NCBI RefSeq assembly: GCF_963676685.1
Contig: NC_092350.1
Span: 46,934,001 to 46,998,000 of the forward strand
Reading direction: 5' to 3'
From: Mytilus edulis
Taxonomy: Eukaryota
Length of the DNA stretch: 64,000 nt
In this document: positions 39,001 through 52,203 of the stretch, in pieces
Position numbering within the stretch: position 1 is the first letter of the stretch
Layout of the letters: the number at the start of each line of letters is the position of its first letter
Program-made: the position numbers and the translations under genes
The notes under the pieces: generated by a model
The model's input: only the letters and a program-made list of their open reading frames with translations
Told to the model about the DNA's origin: nothing
The model's database searches: none

Positions 39001-42000
39001 AAGTCTACATATTTCGACGTATTGTGCTGAGCCGTAACAATTTTTGATAATGCGTATGAACAAAGTATAATTTTTTGGGGTTCGGTAAAGTTTTTTAATT
39101 GCTATGCTTTGTACGGCTGTCAAAATAGGCTTTATATTTTGTTCATAAAAGGAAAAAAGGAGATAGTTGTGATCCATTCCGTATAGAACACCGTTCTGTT
39201 CTTACACAAGGAACACTTGGTGTTCAACCAAGTCCGAAATCCTTGGTTCAACTAACATTTTTTTAAAGATATGCAGATATTTCATTGAAAATGATTTAAT
39301 ACATGTAAGTTCAATATCATACATGCTTTCAAATAAAAAGTGCATATAAAGTTCAAAATCAAAAGACGTATTAATTTAAACCGTTCAAACGTATAGAAAT
39401 AAAACAATGTTATATGAATTAAAATACGCTTTAACTGAACGATTTAGTATTTAAAAGAAGTACAACGAAACAACAATCAGTGAATTAATTATTGATTGTA
39501 AAATCATATTTGAAAAATTATAATAAAAAAGAAACATTTTGAATTGACTGCTGGCCTGTGACAGATAGACGACATAGATATAAACATTCGAATACATTGT
39601 TACAAGTATTATATAGGACAAGTCTACTAATACGTTCTGGGTTAGTGTAACACTATAGAGGGTCTATTATTTATCTCTAAAAATAATATCTGCCAAATAA
39701 CTTCTGATCCTTAAACAAACACTAAAACAAAACATAAATAAAGGTTGTTGGGGGTATTCGCTTGAAACCAATACAGCACTTTAATAATATGGAACGATGT
39801 CTTTTAGGCTTAATGCATTACATATATATATATTCATATTATAATGTCAATTAAGAAAAGGGAGAGAGTGAGAATGTGGGTTAATCAATAACATCGACCC
39901 TACATGTATTTGTGTTCTTGAGCTAACCCCTTAAAAAAAGAAAAATATCATACACGTTTGGATTATTATATCACATTGTTGACCAGTTGGTTGCCATGGC
40001 TTGGTTGTTTGAATGTCTCACAATATATAAATAAAAAGATATCCTTTCCTAAGTAAGGAGCCTGAAGTCGATTTCACAAAAAAAACTTAAAGACTAAGAT
40101 TGATCGTAAGTCATGAACAATTCAGTATACTTACGACCAATCTTAGTCGTAAGTATTTTGGTGAAATCGACTCCAGATGTTCAGTGGTTGTCGTTTGTTG
40201 ATATGGTTCATAAGTGTTTCTCGTTGTTTTTAATAGATTCGACCGGCGTTGGTTTTCCTGTTTAAATGGTGTTACACTAGTCATTTTTGGGCCCTTTAAA
40301 GCTTGCTGTTCGGTGTGATCAAAGGCTCTATGTTGAAGTCCGTATATTAGTATGACGTCCATTATCACTGAACTAGTATATATATTTGTTTAGAGGGCCA
40401 GCTGAAGGACGCCTCCGGGTGCGGGAGTTTCTCGCTGCATTGAAGACCTATTGGTGACCTTCTGCTGTTGTCTGTTCTATGGTCGGGTTGTTGTCTCTTT
40501 GACACATTCCCCGTTTCCATGCTCAATTTTATTGACCTATGATGTTTTACTTTTACAAATTGTGGCTTGGATGGAGAGTTGTCTTGTTGGCACTCATACC
40601 AGATCTTCTTATATCTAAGTATGGATTTCAATTATACAACTCGATCTTAAACCGAGACCAAAGGACAAAGAGGTAAACCTACAGGTCATGATGCTGTCTT
40701 CAACAATGAGCAAACCCATATCGTATGATAAGCTATAAAAAGTCCAACGTTACGGCAAAATATGGAACCCTTCAAAAGAAAACCAACTGTCTGATTTATG
40801 CGAAAACAGCGAGACCCATTGGAATACGGGTTTTTCACTTGGGACAAGGACATAAGAATATAGCAGAGTTAAACATATTAACGAGCGCTCGTCCTTCCTG
40901 TATAACTATTGGCCCTCCACACAACACATTAACAAACTGCAAAAATCAGTTGGAAAATGGGTCAACTACTCCATACAAAAACAAATACTTATAACAAAAA
41001 GACAAAAATACCGCTCTTAGAGGACTCGCAGTTACTGAAATTCAGAGACCACTTTTAACTAATAAATAAAACAGTGTATCCGTGTCGGAGACAAGTTACT
41101 GATACCAAGTTCAGAAACTACTTTTTACTAATAAATTAATGGATTTCCAAGACCAACCCAAGCAACATCGAGTCTGGTTAGTACTTGTATGGGTGACCGC
41201 CTGGGAATACCGGGTGTTGTAGACATTAAGAAAAACCCGACCGTGCAAGGGCTGTATATCCAGCCAAGGATGTTAAAACTACCTTCGTCAAGACAAGCTG
41301 CTGAAACCAAGTTCAGATGGCAATTTTGATCAATAAATGAAAAACGACTTCTAAGACTAAGATATTTATATATCACTGAAGTTATCATCAAATATAGTGA
41401 ACACGTACTGGGTCAGAAACCAGTCTCATATGAGAGCCGTGGTGTAGTGGTTAGTGCATCGGACTACTGACACAAAGGTTCTTGGTTCGATTCCCGTTCG
41501 GGATGAAAATTTCAGGGACTGAATTTTCGGCTCTCCCTTGACACCATTTGCTAGTATGGTCTTAAGGAAACGATGTCCGTCGGAAGGGGACGATAAATGG
41601 CTGACCCGTGTTAAGAGAGAGCCATATCTCTTGCGCGTTAAAGACACCCTTTTAGATTTCGAAAAAGAGCAGGCTAATGCCGCTACAAATTAAGGCAGCA
41701 CTCGCACCCGCAAAGCGGAAAGGGATTAATATGAAAAACTTGTTTCCCAATCCACTATAAATAAATATGTTTAAACTAAAGTCTCATATGAGGCAAAAAG
41801 TTGAACGGTCGTTATCGATTTTAAGTCGGGAATATACATTAATTATGTATGCAACAGTTTTGGCCGAGAGTTTACAATGAAAACAAGTAAATCGTTAGCT
41901 GAAAAACTTATGCTTATATTGAGACAATTAAAAAGGGCAGTCTTATAATTGCTCCGCTCTGAAACAAAAAGTTATCTAAATATCATTTCAAATCTTGAAT

Positions 42001-42296
42001 AAAATAAGCGTTCTGCTGATGATGTGTAAAGTGCGACAACTGTGTGCTGACCAGCTAGTCGAATTAATTAAAAGTTAAAAAAAAAATTAAGCGTGTTAGT
42101 ATCTGCAAACGTATACCTGGCTGAAAAAAAAGAATATATAAACAAACAAAAAACTTGCAAATAAATTGTAAAATCACTTACTCTGCAATTTTATTTTTAG
42201 TTGCTGGGTCCGTTGACTGGGACATTGTTCGATCTCTGAAGTAACTCGGAAAAACGTATTCCTCCCAGAAGTGACTATCGTACTTGTCCTCAATCT
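33086..42296 (-). CDS. Spliced gene of unknown function: exons 42182-42296, 36386-36437, 33086-33412 (possible further upstream exon 42875-42911)
   Basis: All junctions are AG/GTAAG with compatible phases (2 then 0). The joined frame reads IEDKYDSHFWEEYVFPSYFRDRTMSQSTDPATKNKIAE-ELRPPNIDYSHQDSMFG-NSFSSKAYFVVHPEWISEN...QRLGY*. The start is either the ATG at 42225 or further upstream. Confidence 0.7.
35335..36230 (-). mobile_element. Penelope-like element 3' end with RT C-terminal remnant; shorter family copies at 32273-32525, 34630-34810, 33865-34090 and 40360-40530
   Basis: ORF 36036-36269 (ISHPIFYGNILYKAQ...PLNRLIKKGY). The shared ATTGAGAATGGAAATGGGGAATGTG...CCCGGAGGCGTCCTTCA block is found in five copies. 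Confidence 0.7.
41160..41226 (+). pseudogene. 5S rRNA 3'-half fragment
   Basis: AAGCAACATCGAGTCTGGTTAGTACTTGTATGGGTGACCGCCTGGGAATACCGGGTGTTGTAGACA matches the conserved 3' half of metazoan 5S rRNA (box C region). The 5' half is absent. Confidence 0.9.
41435..41779 (+). mobile_element. Full-length tRNA-derived SINE (Deu/Nin-like central domain) with 13-bp TSD
   Basis: A box TGGTGTAGTGG, B box GGTTCGATTCC, central GTCCGTCGGAAGGGGACGATAAA, AAACT-type tail. TSD AGTCTCATATGAG at 41422-41434 and 41780-41792. Confidence 0.9.
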
Positions 42297-44974
42297 CTAT
42301 AGGTAAAAACCGATTAAACATTGTGATTTTAACTTTCCTTTTTATACCCCAGATTATATGTTAAATATAATTAGGCCTAATCAATAGAAACCGACCTTAT
42401 ACACATTACAATATTTATAGGTATAGCTTTACAACATATACCATTTAAATATTTAATTCTGTACAATAAATGTTCCAAAAAATGATTTGTTATGCTTGTT
42501 TCTTATGGTATCTTGCCTAACTTTATCTAAAATACTCAAGACGGAGCCGAATGCACTTCAGTTTTATTTTTATAACCATGCAGTTTATTTATCAACTGTG
42601 TTGACCATTTATGTGATGTGTGCATTAGAGAAAGAACAAAGACAAATGATATTTTATAAATGGGTATAGTTTGCTTGTGTGAGATCATCACACTAGATAT
42701 AGAATATAGCATTTTCTGATTTCGTTTTTAAATTTCGTATGCATTTAGTTTGTTGATTTGTATCTGAATATAGCACAAAAAGTGTTACGTAGCATTCAAA
42801 CTTTCATAGACACAAAATTTTATGAAATAGATTTATAATTGTTTAGGACGGTCTTGCCTTTGATAGAAAATCACCTCTGTTATAATCAGGTATATGGGTA
42901 AATCTCCACCCCTAAACTGAAAAATCCTGACAAGTGTCTATGGAATTGATGTAAAAGATGCATTTTCCGCTTCGAAGATTGATTTCTATAAATCCTTTAT
43001 CATAATTTCATGAGGTGTATTTTCCAGCTTTCTATTTAAGATTAAAGCACACCTGTTTCTATAATGACAAACTTTCCCTATAATTGTATATTTTCTTGAC
43101 TATCCAATCTTAAGAAAGTTTGAATACTTGCTAGCGTTAATTTCAAGCCTAACATAGTAACCATGACGAAAACAACACGTGATCGGGGATTCCCAGGTTT
43201 ACATGTAAGGCATGAAGGTTCGATCAAGTTGTAAGACTTGAAAAGACATATGTAATTATATGTCTCTGATACATGCTAGTGTTAACTTCATTAACATATA
43301 TAGTAACCATGACGAAACAATTAACACATGATCGCCGAATCCGAAATTTAAAGGTTCAATCACATTTGTTATGTATCATACGGTAATTCTTATTGAACAA
43401 TCTGATCTTAATGTTTTGTTATTTAATTCTTACATTAACAATTTAATTATTGGTTAGATTACATTCACGCAGCACCTGTCCAACCTTTAAACATTGGATA
43501 TATGTATGAACTGAAACTATCTAACTTTGCGGGGGTTTAGAATTCACTCATTTCAACGAGGGATCAGTCTTTAAGGGGGAAGTTGCTTATGTATGCCATA
43601 TAGGTCGCGCGAAGTCAAAATTATGTCAGCTCACAACTCACTGAATCAGAAGAAACCTGGGACTATATAGTAACGTTACGCGACTGAAAAACTTGTATAA
43701 ACAAATATACCACTTCAGTAAAATTCATACAAACAAAAAATTACAATTGGTGGGCTGTCTGTTCTTTGGTCGGGTTGTCTCTTTGACACATTCCCAATTT
43801 CCGTTCTCATTTAAAAAAAATATCGTAAAAAAGGAGGTTGACAATTCACTTGGAAAATTAACCAAAGACTATTATTAGTGTTTTTCGTTTCTCATATTGA
43901 TTAGACCGTTGGTTTTCCTGTTTGAGTGGTGTTACACTAGTCATTTTTAGTCCAGTCAATCTAGCAGAAATTGGACGATTGCAACAGAAGACTTTTAAGT
44001 TTTAATCTTTAGCATTATACCCCAAAATACACAGGAAAAAGTTAAACAAATTATAACTTGTGGAAGACTTAAAAATTAAAATTGGAGATAACTCTGCAAA
44101 AGAGGCAGAAATATTAATAAAAAATTGAAACAAAATTATAACTTTACCGCTTCTTTTTAGCAGAAGGAACTGATTCTTGATATTTTAGCCGTCTTTAGAG
44201 TATAACAAACAACTATAAAGGAGTTACCATATCTTTTATCAAGCTTCAACCTAAATTTCGTAATTCATTATGACTAGTTGACCATGATTTATTAGATTTT
44301 TCGACATGTCAAGGTACAGAATCTCAAATTTAATAAAAATAATTGAGCATATAATCTTCTTTTTGTGGTTTAAAGTTTCTTTAAACAAGGTAGATGCTGA
44401 ACAAATATGATATACAGATATAAACAATACCAAATTTGCAATTTCTTCAATAAAATATGTGCCCCAAAAAAAGAAAATAACCATAACTCTTTGGTTTTGT
44501 ACATTTCATGAGAGAAAGATAATATAATATAGTCAAATACGAACTTATCCCATCAAAGTATCATGCTTTATGTGAATTTTAAGAAAATCAACAAAAAACT
44601 GACAAAAAGGACTAATTTTTGCAGATTTATCTTCCCTTTCCAATGATAATTTCCATAGGAAATTAAATTGCTGATTTTGAGATTTCCTCAAGTTAGATTT
44701 TATGGGACTTTTCTTCTGTGTATATTTGGGACTTAATGCTATAGATTAGAACTAAAACATTGTCTGTTGCAATTAGTTTGAGGTTAAACCTTAGTTTGAC
44801 TAGACTATTTCAGGTCCTTAATAGCTTGCTGTTTGGTGTTAGCTTAGGCTCTGTGTTGAAGGCTGCACTCTAACCTATAATGTTTATTTTTACTAATTGT
44901 GTCTTGGACGGAGAGTTGTCCTATTGGCACTCATACCACATCTTCTTATATATATGACAACACCCATACCAAAG

Positions 44975-45590
44975 AGGAAATCCTAGGCAAACATACGTCT
45001 TTTCTGCTTCTAATAATTTCAACCAAAGATGAAAAACTGGATCTTCCTTTATTTTACTGGACACCAAAATAGCATAAGCGTCCTTACAAACAAAAATATA
45101 TTGCTGAGTCTGCAAAGTGATCTTTAAAGCTTGTTTCCAAACTATCAACAACAATTGTAATAACATTTTTAGATGGGATTCAGAGTTTCTTTAAAACTTA
45201 TCAATCTAGGGGTAATGACTAAATGTGTGACAGATGTGGAGACTTGAGAATTCAAAAACTCTTTTGAGGAAATTACAATCCAGGTCTCTTTCCACTTGCA
45301 ACATTAACAGCATAAAAGCATTCGACTCTCTACTCTTTATACATTATTTCCCAATCTTAGGTTAACAGATTGAAAGAGTAAGTACTGCTTTGTTTCATTG
45401 GAAGGAATTGTTAAAGTAGATTCAAATATCTTGTTTAAGGAATAGATGAATCATACTTTGACAAAAATAAAATCCTTTCTTGATTGATAAAAAATTGTTA
45501 TGTTTGGAAGACAAGTTTTCGAACAGGCAATCAACATTCCTTTTGGAAGCCAGCTTTGCCTCTCCTCTTTTTAACTAGTTTCTTTATTAA
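44975..45590 (+). mobile_element. Highly decayed Penelope-like RT remnant
   Basis: Traces of LPYFTGxPK...YKQKYIA, ...WRLENSK, KAFD.STLY, and AAATATCTTGT...TACTTTG similar to 26340-26380. Confidence 0.5.
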
Positions 45591-45902
45591 CTCATCTGGC
45601 CCAAGGGGTCAAATGAGCTATTCTCATCACAAGGTGTATGTTTTTAGAGAATTTTGTGTTGCTTGTAGATCTTTGATAGCTGTTGTTGTATTCACACACA
45701 ACTTTTTTAAAGGACAATTTAGCGAATGACACATTGCATTGTCACCAGTCTTTACAGGTGTTTTGTCTGACAAGGTTCAACAAACATTAATTTATAAAGT
45801 TATCTTTTATAAAAATGTCATATTTTATAAGAGATGACTTTGACTTCTTATGATGGACTTGAAAGGAAAAACCAGTTTATTTAAAATTGTCAAACTAATT
45901 AG

Positions 45903-47670
45903 TTTACACAAATTCACCTTTACAACAATTGTTCAACAAAATATGTTTATAAAATTTTCTGTTTATTAATAATAATGCATTATAAAAGACAAAATATAAA
46001 TCTGTATAAAACTTAAAAGTATGCCCTAGAACCATTATCATTATAAAACATAAAATGCTGTAATTGAAAAATATTTCTACATGTACATCTGAATCTCCAG
46101 AAAATTATGACACAATGTTGGTGCACTGTTTGTCCTTGAATGAACCTAAACCTAAGAAGTTAGGGCTTTGATATTGACCATTACTACAATATATAGCTTA
46201 AGAATTTAAACATATGATGCATGAAATAGTCTACAACATGAAATATCATTCATCAAATACAGTAGTACATTTCAAAATAACTGTTTAAAGATAATTTTTA
46301 AAAATAATTGTGGGTTATCTCCAAAGAAACATAAAATTCTAAAATAAACAGATGTGATGTTGTTGCCAATTAGACACAATCCCACAAAAAAACAAATGAA
46401 AAGGATTGTAACAACTACAAGACAACAAAGTCAACTCAAAAATTTGTAACTTTAATTTCTACAAAAAAAGCTAAACTTTGTTCACTTTCTTTTACACAAA
46501 TTCACCATTGTTCAACAAAACATTTTTATCCAACTATCTTTTTTATTTAACAATAATGCATTATAATGAACAAAATATAAAATCTGTATAAAACTTAAGT
46601 ATGCCCTAAAACCATTATCATAATAAAACATGATATGCAATAATTGAAAAAATATTTCTTCCTCTGACTCTCAATAGAACTATGACATAAAAAAGGTTCC
46701 AATGCACTGTTTGTCCTTGAATGAAGGGTGTTCAGAGGGGTCCTGATCCGGAAATCACGGTCTTAAAAACTTAACAAACATGAAGTCCTAAGGTCACGAG
46801 TTTAAAGAAATTTAGATCCCAACATCCCAAAATTCGAAAAAAGAATTACCGGTTACCAAAAGGATCAATCCTGAAATCCTCAGCTTAAAAACACCAGATC
46901 CCTTCATCCCGAAAAAGGTCCTCCCCCCTCTAGAATGAAGCTTATGATTAGTAGATAGTGCTTTGGTATTGGCATTTATTATTAACAGTTTAAGGTTTGA
47001 AGAAACAATAAAGAGTTATTGTCTATTATAGTGACATTTTTTTTAACTTTTTTATATATTTTTTATGCCAATGTTGGTTTATTTTAAATTTTGTTATCAT
47101 AGACAGACTGAAATCTGTACCACATATATTTATATTCAACAAATAAAATCTATTACTGGGCTTTCTAATTTGATTGATGGTCAGTGACTTTGCAAAATTA
47201 ATTGTTTTTTTCTATGGGATTTTAAGAAGACAAAACATGTGCATGGGGAGTAATTCTTTCATTAACTGACACTTTATAATCCGGACATAAATTATATTAA
47301 AACATTTTTATTGTTTTAGAAATATATAACATACACATTTTGTTTAAAATTTCCTTTTCCAATCTTAAAATATCGATGTGAGCTAAAGTTAATTTTTTTT
47401 AAAAGCAAAAAATAACCAGTTAAAAATATTCCAAAATTAAAATCTGGAGAACAAAATATTAATTTCTTGTGGCTTTTATTAACATTTGAATAAATTCAAT
47501 TTATTAAATTATATATAGCTAATGAAATTTATCATCTGATGCATCATCAAAACATGAAAAATCTTGCATTAAATGCAGTAGTATATTTTGTAACTACTGT
47601 TTAAACAAAAAAAAATATAAAAAAAATTGTGGGTTATCTCCCATTGAACATAAAAATTCAAAATAAAAAG
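45903..47670 (+). repeat. Local tandem duplication (45903-46350 vs 46491-47670), second copy interrupted by insertions
   Basis: Shared TTTACACAAATTCACC, GTATGCCCTA.AACCATTATCA, GCACTGTTTGTCCTTGAATGAA and AATTGTGGGTTATCTCC. Confidence 0.75.
46723..46930. mobile_element. Short GAGGGG-ended MITE (same family as 50861-51046, opposite orientation)
   Basis: CCCGA/TCGGG-rich body, imperfect 6-bp TSD TTGAAT/TAGAAT. The empty site is visible at ~46135 in the duplicated copy. Confidence 0.7.
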
Positions 47671-49130
47671 ATCTGGAATTTTAACTTTTCACAAGAGACA
47701 AAAGCCTAAAGGACAAGTATATCAACAACTTTAAGATACAAAAATCATCTCTGAAGCAATAACATCTAAAATGTGAAGGCATAGTTAAAAAAATTTACAA
47801 GAGAGACTACCATTCTATCAATTTTTGCTTTCCAGAAGAAAAGAAATCTTGCAGAAAACCGATATGTGTTTAAAAACAACTTGTATTTACAACTAAATCA
47901 CAAATCACAAGTTATAATAATAACATTGACAAGTTCCATAACAAAATAACATCACTAAAAGAAAAAGAAAAAAAAGATTTTTTTTTTATCCAGTTCCCCT
48001 CTTCTTTAAAATATTTAATAACCATCACAGAAAACATAAAAGTAAAACAGCCAAAACAATTTCTAACAATCTTTTGGTGACTTTTGGGATTCACTCTGAA
48101 ATTTAGTATTGTATATTTGACATGTTCAAGAGCTGCTTCTGTATTTTTGTAATCGGGTGAGAAACTGAGACTTCTACCTCCCTAAGGGAGTAAAAATTGA
48201 CATAACCTTCAATGTTAAAAATAAATTGTGATAATACAAGAGTAAGATTTGACAAATGATACAATAAACTTTTCTTACAGAGACCAACATTTAGTACATT
48301 TATAAAATAAAATGTGAAATTTTGGCAAGAACAAACAAGAATAATAATACTTGTAAAAAAATGCCTATAAAATGTGACATTCTTCTAAAAACAAACAAAA
48401 CACAATAGCAGCAAAGTTTTTTTTAATTTTTAATATGTTTGACTTCATATGTAAACATGCCCTATAAAATTCAATGACATTAATACAACAAATTATTGGT
48501 TATTCCAGGAATGAAGGCGAAAAATACAATTGATAACTTTTTTTTTTTAAACTCAAATGAAAATAACATAAAAATATGCAACAATCACAAAAGTTGCCAA
48601 AAAAACCTTCTGTACAAGTACATTTGATCTTAGGGAATTAAAAAAATAATTTCAAATTGTTATGCTTTTGGTGTTTTTGAATAATTTTTCTTTCTAAATT
48701 TTGCTAATTTGTAGTTTTTCTTACGTTTGAAATCTTTTCTGACCCTTCAACAACTTCTACTCTTTAATAATTGTAAGTGTCTATCACAACATTGATAAGT
48801 AAACGAGATACATAACAAAAACTGTAACAAACTAAATATATAACATGTATGTACAATATATGATAAAAACTCTACATTGGACTAGAAATATACTGTAATT
48901 CAAATCATCAAAAACAATGCACATATTTACAAGGATAATTCAGTTATTATCTTTGCATGTTTTTACAGCATGATAAACTGAAAAAGACAATCAAACAAGC
49001 ATTACAGAAGTTTTGCAAAAGTCCTCATACAAGCCTTCAGGTTTATTTTTCTTCTGCTTACATTAAAATTTTGTGCTTCACATATATACCAAAGAAATCC
49101 ACCAAATTTTTTATCCCACCAAATATATAT

Positions 49131-49274
49131 ACAATATTTGTCAATGAAAGAAAAATATAAACTTTTTTGTCTGAGGCTGAGAAACTGGGGAAGCGAGAGG
49201 TTCTACCGAGCCCTTCCCCTGTTTTGCGCCGAGTACAAAAAAGTTTATATTTTTATGACATTGACCTAATATTG
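49131..49274. repeat. ~145-bp imperfect palindrome (DNA-transposon derived)
   Basis: ACAATATTTGTCAATG...AAAAATATAAACTTTTTTGT pairs with ACAAAAAAGTTTATATTTTT...CATTGACCTAATATTGT. Confidence 0.7.
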
Positions 49275-49940
49275 TTTTTTAATGCAACTTAAACTAATAC
49301 ATTGATAGCTTTTTAAATTGTAACACAAATGTCAAACTTATTTTCATACCTTAATGAACCCCTGATTGTTGAGAAAGTGTTCCATGATGAAATTGACATT
49401 ATACAAAATATAGCTATGTTACTATATTTCGGAAATAAACACAACTAGTTGCAGTATAAAACAAATTAGCAGTAACTAAGATAAATTAATTAAAAACAAT
49501 CTAATAACTCATGATGAAAAGGATAACTACATGTATGATAAGCTACCTTGAAAATGAATCATACATCCATAAATACAATTTTTGATTACTAAAAACTAAA
49601 ATATTTTTCATAAATGCACTTATAGCTTACTAGTAGCCATTTTTGTTTACAAATAGATAAATCCCCATCTTTAACAAAATAACTAACATGGAACATTTTA
49701 ATAACAATATCAATTTCCTTGTTAACATGGTTTAGAACTAATTTCACAAGGCTATCTTAAAATTACAACTTCACACTGCTATTTTCTGTATCTTTTCTAA
49801 AAATAATTTATAAACTCATTTACATATTTCTACAGTCTTCCCTAATTATACCTCTCTGAAGTTGAGGAGTAACAATTTTTTTCTAGACTGTATCCTATCA
49901 TCTTCTTGGATATTGGTTACCTTAATATTACCAACTATGA

Positions 49941-51295
49941 TTAAAAATCAATGTCTCCACTAAAATATCTAGCATTAAATTCATCAAACCCTATAGAGAG
50001 TTTTCCATTTTCTCCAACAGTGACAGGGTAAACTTTGGCTTCACGGTTTTGTCCCTTTGGCATTCTTAGTTTCCCAGTCAGTAAATCAAATCTCCAACTA
50101 TGCCACGGACATCGTATACATAAAGTATTATCTGGCATTTCTTCAATGTCTCCTAAATGCAGTGGACCACCTAAAACAAAACCATGTGGTTAGTTTAAAC
50201 TTTTTATTACATTGAAGATACAATATAATAATTATATAAGGACAATAAAAAAATATATGCTGAACATGTTGAAGAAAGACTTTAATTAGAGTATATCAAA
50301 GTTGTACCCAGTTACAAAATTAGTTATGAATAAAGAAACATCAGTTCACAAATCCCTGAAGTTGGAGAGAAAAAATAAACCGAAAAAACAGTGTGTACAT
50401 ATACTCTAAGGTGTTCATTAAGTATCTGCAATTCAATATACACTTGTAGCAAGATCATTTATAATTATTTATTTTTTAAATACAATGTACATCTAACTGT
50501 ATGCACCTGCATGTGGACATTTTTCATTAATGGCAAAAACATCTCCTCCATGTCTGAACAAGGCTATTTTCTGCTCATTACAGTTGATTAAGGAACCAGT
50601 TCTACTATTCTGCCGCAGTAAACCAGGACGCTGTATTGAAGTTTGTACTACTTTACATTTTTGTGAAGGATCAGACCAGTCAAACAAATCTGAAAAATAT
50701 AAAGTTAGATGATTTATAAAGTAAAGACTTAAAGTTACCATGAATGTTAAATTACGTACATCACACATGTCAAGTCAGAAATGTGTTCTATATATACATG
50801 TACATGTAGCTGATGAAATATCTTTTTCTTTTTAGTTTAAATACACAACAAAACATTTCAGAGGGGGGATAGGACCTTTATCGGGACTCCGGGATCGGGT
50901 GTTTTTAAGTTAGGGATTTCGGGAACCGGGAATTCTATTTTTCGAATTTCAGGACCTCGGGATTTCGTATTTTTAAGCCTGGGATCTCAGGATTTCGTTA
51001 TTTTAAGCCCGTGATTTCGGGATCAGGGCCCCTCCTAACTCCCCTCATTTCAGGGAAATAGGTACATTTTTGTGTACATGTAATCAGTAATAAGAGTTTA
51101 TTTTAATTCATAGTGACTTAGTCTATGTCCTGATGAATTATTATATAAACCTTAAGTATACATGTAGTACATGTAATTAACATGATTAAAGAGATGTTAA
51201 AATGAAATACATGTCATAGACATACATTTAGTTTGAAAATGTTTTTCGTTCAAAATCTCCCTCAGTTGTTGTCGCTGAGTGGAGATCTTCCTCAT
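49941..51295 (-). CDS. RFESD: Rieske [2Fe-2S] domain-containing protein (RFESD-like): exons 50507-50689 and 49941-50170, putative first coding exon 51226-51295
   Basis: Spliced (phase 1) sequence IALFRHGGDVFAINEKCPHAGGPLHLGDIEE...CIRCPWHSWRFDLLTG carries both Rieske boxes, CxH and CxxH. Canonical AG/GT junctions. The first exon (MRKISTQRQQLREILNEKHFQTK) is phase-compatible but less certain. Confidence 0.88.
50861..51046. mobile_element. Short MITE with GAGGGG/CCCCTC termini and 6-bp TSD
   Basis: TSD ATTTCA at 50855-50860 and 51047-51052. Internal GGGATTTCG repeats. Confidence 0.8.
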
Positions 51296-52170
51296 TGAAA
51301 GTTTCCCAGGTTGGCAGATACATGTATAGTATTGGTTTCATGATGTGTGAGTAACCATTTAAAATCCTAACTGGAACACTTATCTAAAAGTTGTCAAGTG
51401 GGTTAAAGTTTGAAAAGTTGTTTCAGAATAATTGATATAATTATGTACATATCATCATGTACCATACTTTGTCATGTTCATTGTAAGTAAACAGTTTACA
51501 GAAACCACAAACTGTAAGATGTGTACAATCAAAACAATGTTATCTTTTAGAATTAGTACGTTATTTTTATAGTAATTCTAAATAAAAGCCAGCTCTAGTT
51601 GTTCAGGGGAATACATAGATACCCAACATGGCATGCCCAAATGAAAATTTTAGTGTATAGATAAGACATAGACTCATGATAGAGGCATTTAGAGCTATTA
51701 AATTTCCATATGATATGGTACCAGAGTATTTTATCCCATCAACAGGGATGAATATTTTGTAACTGCTTTGCATTTCAGGCCTTTAACTCTGGTCACATCA
51801 GTCTATTAAACTTGAAATTCATATATGACTTCCTCATCTTGATACATGATGAATATCAATGTTTTCAGCATTTTAAAACACATGTTCTGGCGCCCTTGTT
51901 TGTATTTACATTTGAGGTCAAGGACAAATAACTGTAATTTAAGAAACGATGTCGGAACTAACAATCTTTCTTTCCGGAAACCGACATACTTATAAAAAAA
52001 ACTGAGTTAGCCTTCTTTGGTCACTATAACACTAAGTTCTGGATTGGCGTCTCTATTTCTGTATTCTTGAACTTTTTCAACAATTTTTCTCTATTTTTTC
52101 TCTTCTTTGACCCTTATGCTCTAATCTTTATATCGTTCAGAACCCCTTTAATATTGATCATTACTCTCAG

Positions 52171-52203
52171 CAGAGACATATAATACAGTATTATATGTCT
52201 CTG
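52171..52203. mobile_element. 33-bp palindrome with 7-bp TSD (probable transposon footprint)
   Basis: CTCTCAG-[CAGAGACATATAATA CAG TATTATATGTCTCTG]-CTCTCAG. Confidence 0.8.

Noticed and set aside
41372-41384. ATCACTGAAGTTA resembling the missing middle of 5S rRNA
   Set aside because: Only 13 bp with a mismatch and out of order, which could arise by chance.
41435-41505. Possible tRNA gene
   Set aside because: The A/B boxes continue into a SINE body and tail bounded by a 13-bp TSD, and there is no proper acceptor stem.
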